Below, in pieces: positions 25,813 through 33,501 of a stretch of 64,000 nucleotides of DNA (positions are counted from its first letter, which is position 1; every line of letters starts with the position of its first letter). Source of the DNA: SAR324 cluster bacterium (GTDB lineage: Bacteria > SAR324 > NAC60-12); the NCBI GenBank assembly GCA_022448485.1, contig JAKUUI010000003.1:3156-67155 (forward strand). Direction: 5' to 3'. The notes beneath the pieces are model-generated. The model ran no database searches and had not been told where the DNA came from. It saw only the letters and a program-made list of their open reading frames with translations. The position numbers and the translations under genes are program-made.

Positions 25813-26229
25813 TTAAGGCCATCGTGTGGGTGTTTGACCGCACACCGGAATTGAAATGGAATGGAAGCTCTTTGAAAACTTAATCTGGCGAAACCTCCCA
25901 CGGGGGATCTTCCCCTGTTTGCTGAACCATCGGCCATAGTATTTTCCTGTAAAGGAGGATAGGGTGAATACCTTTGTTTCGACTCTATAAACAACGGTGC
26001 AATCCACACTGTGACGATCTCCGCCCGGGAAGTAATCCGTGGCTCTCTGTTTCAGCTGTGGTGTTGGGGATAACTCTGAAAACTTTCCAGTTGACTCTGG
26101 AGTTTTCTCATTAGAGACTCCCTGCGGGTAGTATTCGTGAAATGGTAGTGGATTCCCTGGAGATGTCCCGTGTGAACTGGGATGTTGTATGGTGAGTTGT
26201 TCACTGTGCCGGGAGCCATCCCACCATTG
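25813..26229 (-). pseudogene. Start-less 139-codon open frame, probably an N-terminally truncated gene remnant
   Basis: The minus-strand frame is open from 26229 to the TAA at 25815-25813. It has no ATG, GTG or TTG before the GTG the track uses (25813..26007). The sequence ...PFHEYYPQGVSNEKTPESTGKF...DYFPGGDRHSVDCTVVYRVETKVFTLSSFTGKYYGRWFSKQGKIPRG... matches no family I recognise. Confidence 0.3.
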
Positions 26230-26399
26230 TTATGGCTGAATGTTCCATATTGGGACTTATTGTTTCGAGAAGTGCATTCATTCGTAAAGAAGTCCTGTTT
26301 TCTAACTGCGGGGTGTTGTCTTGGCAGATAGCTATGTTTGGATAATATAATTGTGGTGGGTGTGTTTCCATTTTATAATAAAAATATTATTTTTATGAC

Positions 26400-26565
26400 G
26401 AATTGAATTGACATGAATCCGTAATGTTTGGAGAAATCCGTAGTTTTTTTGTGGCGAATTAGATTGCCAGAAATCCGTAATGTTTGGAGAAGTCCGTAGT
26501 TTTTTTGTGGCGAATTGAATCGGCGGAAATCCGTATTGATAGGGAGAAGTCCGTAGTTTTTGTGT
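26400..26565. repeat. Tandem direct repeat, 3 x ~56 bp, each unit holding two TCCGTA-core sub-repeats
   Basis: Unit 1 is 26400-26455, unit 2 is 26456-26511 and unit 3 runs from 26512 to about 26565. The consensus is GAATTGAAT....(A)AATCCGTAATGTTTGGAGAA(A/G)TCCGTAGTTTTTTTGTGGC. An almost pure A/T tract (about 26370-26399) lies directly upstream. Confidence 0.85.
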
Positions 26566-26640
26566 TAAGGACGAGAGATTGTCATTTTTTCTCTGTGCCT
26601 GAATATTTGAGATACTCTTTTCCAGTTACTGTGAGGAAAT

Positions 26641-27792
26641 ATGTCTCTACATTTTGACATCAAGGAGTTTCGAAACCGACTCAATCGTTTACTGGAGTTG
26701 ATGGCTGAAAATGACTTGGATGGGATGCTTCTGTTTCGGCAGGAAAGCATGTTTTATCTGACGGGTTATGACACATTCGGCTATGTATTTTTTCAGTGTC
26801 TTTACCTGGGTGGAGACGGGAAACTGATTCTGCTGACTCGAGCACCGGATTTACGGCAGGCACGGCATACTTCTATCGTCGAAGATATCCGGATCTGGGT
26901 GGATGGATCGGAAGTAAATCCTGCTTTGCAGCTCAAGAATATTTTGCAGGAATGCGGTTGTGCTGGGAAACGACTTGGAGTGGAATACGACTCTTACGGC
27001 TTGACCGCCAAAAATGGGAAAATGCTGGATTACGCTCTGGATGGTTTTTGCCGGTTGACAGATGCCTCCAATCTGGTGAATCTTCTGCGGGTCGTGAAAA
27101 GTCCGGAAGAATTGGTCTATGTCCAGAAGGCTGCTGAGTTGGCAGATGAAGCTCTGGATGAGGCACATCGCTTAGTGAAGAATGGATGCGATGAGGCCGA
27201 GCTCCTGGCGGCTATGCAAGGTGCAGTATTTCGTGGCGGAGGAGATTACCCGAGTAACGAGTTTATCATCGGATCCGGTGATAATGCTTTGCTTTGCCGC
27301 TATTATTCTGGAAGACGAAAACTGAGTTCCAAAGACCAGATTACTTTGGAGTGGGCTGGAGCTTATCGCCACTACCACGCAGCGATGATGCGCACAATTC
27401 CAGTTGGTCTGGTGACTGAACAGCACCGGAAAATGCACGAGGTTTGTCTTGAGGCAATGGAGGCTTGTGAATTAGCTTTGCGTCCCGGTAAAGCCATCGG
27501 CGAGGTTTTTGATGCTTACGCTCATTCTTGTGATAGTGCTGGAATGCAGAGCCACCGGTTGAATGCAACCGGATACAGTTTGGGGGCAACTTTTTCGCCA
27601 AACTGGATGGACTGGCCTATGTTCTATCACGGCAATCAAGTGATTGTTGAAATAAATATGGTGTTTTTTCTTCACATGATTTTGATGGACAGTGACTCTG
27701 GGAATGCCATGTGTTTTGGACATACCGTCATAGTGACGGATTCTGGATGCAAACGTCTTTCGCGTCACCCACTGGATTTGGTGGTGCGTTAA
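26641..27792 (+). CDS. M24-family metallopeptidase (Xaa-Pro dipeptidase / creatinase-like)
   Basis: 383 aa. Creatinase/prolidase-type N-terminal domain (FRNRLNRLLELMAENDLDGMLLFRQESMFYLTGYDTFGY) followed by a pita-bread C-terminal half. Confidence 0.8.
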   Translation: MSLHFDIKEFRNRLNRLLELMAENDLDGMLLFRQESMFYLTGYDTFGYVFFQCLYLGGDGKLILLTRAPDLRQARHTSIVEDIRIWVDGSEVNPALQLKNILQECGCAGKRLGVEYDSYGLTAKNGKMLDYALDGFCRLTDASNLVNLLRVVKSPEELVYVQKAAELADEALDEAHRLVKNGCDEAELLAAMQGAVFRGGGDYPSNEFIIGSGDNALLCRYYSGRRKLSSKDQITLEWAGAYRHYHAAMMRTIPVGLVTEQHRKMHEVCLEAMEACELALRPGKAIGEVFDAYAHSCDSAGMQSHRLNATGYSLGATFSPNWMDWPMFYHGNQVIVEINMVFFLHMILMDSDSGNAMCFGHTVIVTDSGCKRLSRHPLDLVVR

Positions 27793-27960
27793 CCGATCCT
27801 CCTTGGTCACTTTCTGGTGAGACAGCAAGGACGATAAAACTGTCTTGCCGGGAAGTGCCTTGTTAGGCGGAAAGGTAGGAGAAAAATGGAAATTCGAAAA
27901 AAAGATTTGCGGAACAGTACGCCGTAATATGCTGTTATTTTTACCTCAGTCCAAACCGAA

Positions 27961-28119
27961 ATGAACAAGGATTATGCGGAAATGGCTGACAGGAATTGGA
28001 AGAACCATGAAAAACGTCTGGAAGCACAAAATAAAGGCCGATCAGGCTGGTACAAACATTATCGGGTTCGGACAGCACAATTAGAACGTGAGTATGAATT
28101 TGAAAGAGAGAAGAAATGA
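27961..28119 (+). CDS. Possible small charged protein (52 aa)
   Basis: Not in the track. ATG 27961 gives MNKDYAEMADRNWKNHEKRLEAQNKGRSGWYKHYRVRTAQLEREYEFEREKK, ending in TGA at 28117-28119. There is no clear SD, and the overlapping minus-strand ORF 27941..28150 looks less protein-like. Confidence 0.3.
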   Translation: MNKDYAEMADRNWKNHEKRLEAQNKGRSGWYKHYRVRTAQLEREYEFEREKK

Positions 28120-28239
28120 ATGTGTAAACTGTATTTAACCATAACAACAATCAGATTTTTAAAATATATCGGCACTCGATTTGTAAAATTCAGAGGCAAG
28201 TTTTTTCAATGTTCAATCAACGAAAGGTAAAAATCAAAA

Positions 28240-28605
28240 ATGGTGGATAAATCAACACTCTTGCGCCAGATGCGCAAGCATGCGCATACATTTTCTTCGG
28301 CAGTAGCTCCTCCCATAGTGGTGGATGAGGCCAATCTACACCATGCTTTAGCTATGATTGATGTAGCTGCTAAGGATTCAGGATTGGGGACTTTCCGTAA
28401 AATATCATTTAAAATTCCACCGCTGTTGAAGAGTCTTCGTCTTGAAAATAATTTGGATTATTTAAAAACAGAGATTAAAAAACGGATACCGGGTTCCATA
28501 ACGAGTGGTACTCCTCTTACGGAAGATGAGCAACAGAAAGAGTATGAAAAATTTAAACGTGCCGAACAAAAACTGCGCAAGGTGCTTGATACCAAGAATA
28601 GTTGA
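28240..28605 (+). CDS. Hypothetical protein (121 aa)
   Basis: ATG start with an AAAGG element upstream. No family recognised. It sits just upstream of flagellin 2. Confidence 0.5.
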   Translation: MVDKSTLLRQMRKHAHTFSSAVAPPIVVDEANLHHALAMIDVAAKDSGLGTFRKISFKIPPLLKSLRLENNLDYLKTEIKKRIPGSITSGTPLTEDEQQKEYEKFKRAEQKLRKVLDTKNS

Positions 28606-29061
28606 AATTTTGGAGATTTGAGAATTTTATTAAATTGATGTAATGACATCAAGAGCAGTGTTTAATAAATTTAATAATAAAAATAATATTTTATTGAAAT
28701 AGATTTCCGGAGAATCATAATGATAATCCGGCTACATGAGACCCTCCGTGCGTAACATGGAGAGAACGGCCTGGAGACGGATCATGAGCCTCACAATTTG
28801 AGTCTCATGACCCTGAATTCTGCTGCCGAAATGTCTCGAAACACCAGGGGTATGTAATATCAGGTGGTGTTTCATAAGCCTTCACGTGCCGTGCACGTTG
28901 GAGAGCCAAGGGAAGGGCTTTGCTTTCGCGGTGAGAGCTGTCCTCATGAAATAGGAACGGATTGGATTCGGGCCTGTTTACCTACAGTATTCTATTGGAA
29001 GGGAATACATTTATTCCATGACAGGAGTTAACTTTTTCACTTAAAAGGTTAAGGAGACAAT

Positions 29062-30024
29062 ATGTCATTAAAAATCAATCATAATATTGAGTCCATGGTT
29101 GCACATCGCAACCTGTTAATGAACGACCGTGCGCTTTCAAAGTCACTTGAAAGACTGGCTTCGGGACAGAAAGTCAACCGGGCAGCCGATGATCCGGCAG
29201 CTTTGGTGATTTCTGAACATATGCGTGCCCAGGTTAGCGGGATGCAACAGGCAATCAAGAATAACGAAATTGCCATTTCACTCGTTCAAACTGCTGAAGG
29301 CTCTATGAATGAAATCTCGAATATGCTGGTTGGCCTTCGTCAGCGAGCAATTTCTGCAGCAAACGTTGGTGCTAGTGACCAGTCAATGATTGAAGCCAAT
29401 CAGGCTGAAATTGAAAATGCGCTTGCATCAATTGATCGTCTTGTGACTACTACACAGTTCGGACATTACAAACTTCTGGACGGAACAAATGCTTCGCGAA
29501 CCGAGATCAAATTTAGGACTGATTCGGATGGAGAATTTGTGTTAGACGGCGACGATAACAAGATTATAGAGTCAAAATCAACCGTAGAAGGACTCCGTTT
29601 TCATGTTGGACCTAATGCAGATCACCAGGCTTCAGTTTCTATTCGAAACATGCACACAAATCAGCTTGGTCGGGTTGCAGAGGGTCAAAACAAAAGCAGC
29701 TTTGCATCGCTTGCTGATATTGATGTGCGCAATGAGCAAGGTGCTCAGGATGCACTTGCTATAATTGATCAGGCGCTTACAGAGGTTGCTACAGTTCGCG
29801 GAGAAGTAGGTGCTTTCCAGAGTCAAACACTGGAAACCAATCTCACCAGCTTGCAGATTGCATCAGAAAATATGACTGCTGCTGAATCCACTCTTCGTGA
29901 CACTGATATGGCTCAGGAACTGGCGACATTTACTCGTAACCAGATCATGAGTCAATCAGCAACTGCGCAGTTGGCTCAGGCCAATGCACTGCCGCAAAAC
30001 GTATTGCGGTTATTAAACAGCTAG
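29062..30024 (+). CDS. Flagellin (320 aa, short central region)
   Basis: N-terminus MSLKINHNIESMVAHRNLLMNDRALSKSLERLASGQKVNRAADDPAALVISE and C-terminus DTDMAQELATFTRNQIMSQSATAQLAQANALPQNVLRLLNS. A strong SD (AAGGAG) is 6 nt upstream, and the stop codon is TAG. Confidence 0.93.
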   Translation: MSLKINHNIESMVAHRNLLMNDRALSKSLERLASGQKVNRAADDPAALVISEHMRAQVSGMQQAIKNNEIAISLVQTAEGSMNEISNMLVGLRQRAISAANVGASDQSMIEANQAEIENALASIDRLVTTTQFGHYKLLDGTNASRTEIKFRTDSDGEFVLDGDDNKIIESKSTVEGLRFHVGPNADHQASVSIRNMHTNQLGRVAEGQNKSSFASLADIDVRNEQGAQDALAIIDQALTEVATVRGEVGAFQSQTLETNLTSLQIASENMTAAESTLRDTDMAQELATFTRNQIMSQSATAQLAQANALPQNVLRLLNS

Positions 30025-30060
30025 CAGGATTTTGGGATTAACCCCCCAAACCTTGCACTA

Positions 30061-30100
30061 TTCCGGCTCCATATATTTGGAGTCCGGAATTGCTGTTTTT
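30061..30100 (+). terminator. Rho-independent terminator after flagellin 2
   Basis: TTCCGGCTCCA-TATATT-TGGAGTCCGGAA followed by TTGCTGTTTTT. Confidence 0.7.
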
Positions 30101-30126
30101 ACCAGTTTTCAAAGGCCGGTTATCAT

Positions 30127-30154
30127 TAATCATGAATCACAGATTTGTCGATAA
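30127..30154 (+). promoter_or_regulatory. Sigma-28-like promoter upstream of flagellin 3
   Basis: TAAT-N16-GTCGATAA. The -10 element matches 7 of 8 positions, the -35 is TAAT rather than TAAA, and the spacer is one nt longer than consensus. Confidence 0.4.
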
Positions 30155-30216
30155 CTGGAGTTCAAACACCGGAGAACGGAAACGAAAAACCGGAAACCTT
30201 AATTAAATGAGGAACT

Positions 30217-31683
30217 ATGCCGTTGGGGATGAAACACAACATCGTATCTATCAACGCGTTAAATCACCTGGCAGAAGCACAAAATGAACTGTACGGCTCA
30301 TTGAGACGCTTATCTTCAGGACAAAGGATCAACAGTGGAGCAGATGACCCGGCTGGTCTGGTTATTTCTGAGGGTCTTCGTGCTCAGATTGCCAGTGTAC
30401 AGCAAGCTCTGCAAAATACTGAGTTTTCCCTGTCTCTGGTCCAGACCGCTGAAGGTGCTTTGGCAGAAGTGAACAATTTGCTGATTGAAATGCGTCAATT
30501 AGCGACAACTGCTGCAAATGAGGGTGCAACCGATTATAGTGCAATGTTGGCATTGCAGTTTCAGATTCGCACAGCAATCGATGGAATTGACCGTGTTTCA
30601 CGGTTTACTCGCTTCGGCAATACAAATCTGCTGGACGGTAGTCATGGAACTACAGGAATGGGAGGAAATGAAGAACTTGTTTTTCTTAAAGCATCATCGA
30701 AAACAATCTCATCTCCGCTCAGTGGCTATGAAGTGGATATTACCGAATTGCCTAAGAGGGCAAATCTGACAGAAGACCTTGATGATGATGGTGCATCCGG
30801 ATTACAAATCACATTAGAAGAAGAAGACGGAGCTATAATCAGAGTCAGAAATCCAGAAGTGGGGACAGCAGAGGGTTTTGCAAACCGCCTGCAAGAAGCT
30901 GCTTTTGAAGCAAACATGAACTTGGACATACTCTTTGATGTAGATGAAGAAGAGCTTACAATTGAGCATCGGGAATATGGACTTGCCAAAGGATTCACTG
31001 TCACGGGTAACAAGGATGGAGTAATTGTGGAAGATGCTTTTGAACCCAAATTATTTTTGGGAAGGGATATAGAGGGAACCATAAATGATGAGCCTGCTGA
31101 AGGTGATGGATTGGTCCTTACAGGAGATTTAAATAACGAGAATACAAGTGGTTTGAGTGTAGCTTTTTTAGGCAACGATACCGGTAATGCCGGATCCGTA
31201 ACTGTTGCGCAAAATGCTCTTAAATTTCAAATAGGACCAAGTGCGGATGAAAATATTCTGATCGCACTGAATAGCACTCATTCTACAGTCCTGGGAAGAG
31301 GTGTGGATAATAAGAGTGGTTTCGACAATTTGTCCCAAATCAGGCTCACATCTGCTCAAGAGGCCATCGACGCAATTCGTCTTGTAGATGAGGCTCTTGA
31401 TCAATTATTATCGATGCGTAGCCAACTCGGTTCTGTACAAAAACACACGCTTGAAACAAATATTTCAGTGCTCCAGTCCACTGCAGAAAATTTAACTGCA
31501 GCTGAATCCAGCGTCCGGGACACAGATATGGCAATGGAGATGGTCAATTTTACAAAAAACCAAATCATAACAGAAAGTGCCGCCGCGGCGGTCGCTCAGG
31601 CCAATCAGACGGCTGCTCGTGTTTTGAGGATCTTGTTTAACAATAATGCGAGTTATTACTGGTCATCTTCCACAAACCATTGA
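30217..31683 (+). CDS. Flagellin (488 aa) with an atypical C-terminal extension
   Basis: N-terminus NALNHLAEAQNELYGSLRRLSSGQRINSGADDPAGLVISE and C-terminus DTDMAMEMVNFTKNQIITESAAAAVAQANQTAARVLRIL, followed by 12 extra residues (FNNNASYYWSSSTNH). Confidence 0.9.
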   Translation: MPLGMKHNIVSINALNHLAEAQNELYGSLRRLSSGQRINSGADDPAGLVISEGLRAQIASVQQALQNTEFSLSLVQTAEGALAEVNNLLIEMRQLATTAANEGATDYSAMLALQFQIRTAIDGIDRVSRFTRFGNTNLLDGSHGTTGMGGNEELVFLKASSKTISSPLSGYEVDITELPKRANLTEDLDDDGASGLQITLEEEDGAIIRVRNPEVGTAEGFANRLQEAAFEANMNLDILFDVDEEELTIEHREYGLAKGFTVTGNKDGVIVEDAFEPKLFLGRDIEGTINDEPAEGDGLVLTGDLNNENTSGLSVAFLGNDTGNAGSVTVAQNALKFQIGPSADENILIALNSTHSTVLGRGVDNKSGFDNLSQIRLTSAQEAIDAIRLVDEALDQLLSMRSQLGSVQKHTLETNISVLQSTAENLTAAESSVRDTDMAMEMVNFTKNQIITESAAAAVAQANQTAARVLRILFNNNASYYWSSSTNH

Positions 31684-31697
31684 TCGTTGCTCAAAAA

Positions 31698-33071
31698 ATG
31701 CGCCTTGACGATACAATTGCTGCGATAGCAACTCCCTTGCAGCCATCCGGACTAGGAGTAATCAGAATAAGCGGACCACAGGCAGTTCCAGTGGTGGAAC
31801 CGTTGTTCAAAGGTGGTGGGAAAGAACTGCAAAAGACAGAAACACACAAACTTATTCATGGCTGGATACATGATGACGGGAAACTACTTGACCAAGTTTT
31901 AGTAGTCGTCATGCGTGCTCCGCATTCTTTCACCACAGAGGATGTGGTTGAGATTCAGTGTCACGGCAGTCCATTTATTTTGCGCACAATTCTGACTTTG
32001 GTTTTGCGTCAGGGAGCGCGCTTGGCAAAGGCTGGAGAGTTCACTCAAAGAGCTTTTTTGCATGGACGTTTAGACTTGACACAAGTGGAAGCAGTTTCAG
32101 ATTTGATTCATGCCAGTTCTGAAATTGGGGCTAAACTGGCCGCACAACAACTTTGTGGAAAACTTTTTCACGCCATTAATCAGGTAAAAAAACAAGTGGT
32201 GTCCATAGCTTCACTGGTTGAAGCCAACATAGAGTTTCCCGAAGAAGATACTGAATTTACGCATCGAGATGATTGTCTGCAGCGACTGAATCAGGCCAGT
32301 GCTGATTTGGAAAATTTACTGTCTCATGCAGACCGTGGACGACAGATACGTGATGGTTTTAGTGTAGCACTGATTGGCCGGCCGAATGTCGGCAAATCTT
32401 CACTGCTCAATACCTTGCTCCGTGAACAAAGAGCAATCGTGACCACCATTCCAGGAACAACTCGTGATTCAATTGAGGAATCAGTACAAATTCAGGGATT
32501 GGCTTTTCGATTAACTGACACCGCCGGCATTAGAAAAACAGAAGATCTGATTGAAACAGAAGGTATCCGGCGTACACAAAATGTCCGGGACAATGCCGAC
32601 TTGGTCCTGCTTATTCTGGATGCCAGCGAAAAACTTATGGACGAAGACCTTAGTTTAATCAGTGAAATCGAACAGGAACGAACAATAGTTGTCCTAAATA
32701 AAAAGGATCGAATGACTGGAAAGAGGCCGATTTGGCACAAAGAAATATCCGGAATGGATGCTGTTTTGATTTCAGCAAAAACCGAAGATGGTTGTGATGA
32801 GTTGGAATCACGCTTATTTGCAAAGGCCGCTCTGGGCGGTTTACCGCAGGAAGATCAAACCTGGATCACAAACCGCAGGCAGCAACATGCTGCCAAACAA
32901 GCACTGTCTGCTTTGTTCTCAGCACGGGAAGGTTTGATACAGTCAAATGGGGAAGAGTTTCTTGCAGTAGATTTACGCTCCTGCTTAAACGCTTTGGGTG
33001 AAATTGTCGGCGAAACTACGACTGATGATTTGCTTGGACAGATTTTTTCGGAGTTTTGTATTGGGAAATAA
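31698..33071 (+). CDS. mnmE: tRNA modification GTPase MnmE (TrmE)
   Basis: The track ORF starts at TTG 31680, but ATG 31698 gives MRLDDTIAAIATP, the usual MnmE N-terminus. It has G-domain motifs GRPNVGKSSLLN and DTAGIR and the canonical C-terminal CIGK. Confidence 0.92.
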   Translation: MRLDDTIAAIATPLQPSGLGVIRISGPQAVPVVEPLFKGGGKELQKTETHKLIHGWIHDDGKLLDQVLVVVMRAPHSFTTEDVVEIQCHGSPFILRTILTLVLRQGARLAKAGEFTQRAFLHGRLDLTQVEAVSDLIHASSEIGAKLAAQQLCGKLFHAINQVKKQVVSIASLVEANIEFPEEDTEFTHRDDCLQRLNQASADLENLLSHADRGRQIRDGFSVALIGRPNVGKSSLLNTLLREQRAIVTTIPGTTRDSIEESVQIQGLAFRLTDTAGIRKTEDLIETEGIRRTQNVRDNADLVLLILDASEKLMDEDLSLISEIEQERTIVVLNKKDRMTGKRPIWHKEISGMDAVLISAKTEDGCDELESRLFAKAALGGLPQEDQTWITNRRQQHAAKQALSALFSAREGLIQSNGEEFLAVDLRSCLNALGEIVGETTTDDLLGQIFSEFCIGK

Positions 33072-33477
33072 ACTGATAAAAGACAGTGAATTGAAACTCC
33101 TGCTCGAAAAACAAGAATCACTCTTGAAAGAGCTTTTGGATTTTTCGCAACGTCAATTCGCACAATCAGATGCCGTAGCCCTGGACGGACTATTGTCACA
33201 AAAAGACAAATGCTTTGAAGACCTGCAAAAATTGGATTCTCTGCTCGAAAAATGGCACAAGCAATACGAGCGTCCTTTAGAGGCAGTGGAACAAAAACTA
33301 GACGAAAACATACAGGATTTACTGGAAAGAATACTGCTCTCAGAAAGAGAATTTGAAAAAATTGTTGGCCACGAAAAAAACGCTGTTTCATTACAAATAA
33401 CCCAACTAGGCCGTCAAATGCTGTATCGAAAAGACCCGACTCATCAAAGGCCTAAAATCAAAAATATGACGACTTAA
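33061..33477 (+). CDS. Hypothetical coiled-coil protein, possibly a FlgN-like flagellar chaperone
   Basis: The track ORF 32998..33477 overlaps mnmE. TTG 33061 has a GGAG 7 nt upstream. The Leu/Glu/Gln heptad-like pattern (LLLEKQESLLKELLDFSQRQFAQSDAVALDGLLSQKDKCFEDLQKLD) resembles the FlgN family. This is an impression only. Confidence 0.4.
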   Translation: MGNKLIKDSELKLLLEKQESLLKELLDFSQRQFAQSDAVALDGLLSQKDKCFEDLQKLDSLLEKWHKQYERPLEAVEQKLDENIQDLLERILLSEREFEKIVGHEKNAVSLQITQLGRQMLYRKDPTHQRPKIKNMTT

Positions 33478-33501
33478 ACATAAAATTTCATTAAGTAAAC
33501 C

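Noticed and set aside
26400-26565. A CRISPR array
   Set aside because: The repeats are contiguous, with only about 11 variable bases per unit. There are no unique spacers of normal length and no cas genes.
21450-26640. An integron-like gene cassette array, with hairpin-containing conserved elements after each small ORF
   Set aside because: The window has no intI-type tyrosine recombinase or attI. The hairpins are not bounded by RYYYAAC / GTTRRRY core sites. R2 is partly a duplicated gene 5' end rather than an attC-like site.
28908-28924. A sigma-54-like element AAGGGAAGGGCTTTGCT upstream of flagellin 2
   Set aside because: Only the GG-N10-GC spacing and TTGCT match. The -24 half (AGGGAA against TGGCAC) is poor. 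This is not enough to call a promoter.
30078-30095. A sigma-54-like TGGAGTCCGGAATTGC element between flagellins 2 and 3
   Set aside because: The GG-to-GC spacing is one nt too long. The sequence is also the 3' arm of the terminator hairpin that follows flagellin 2.
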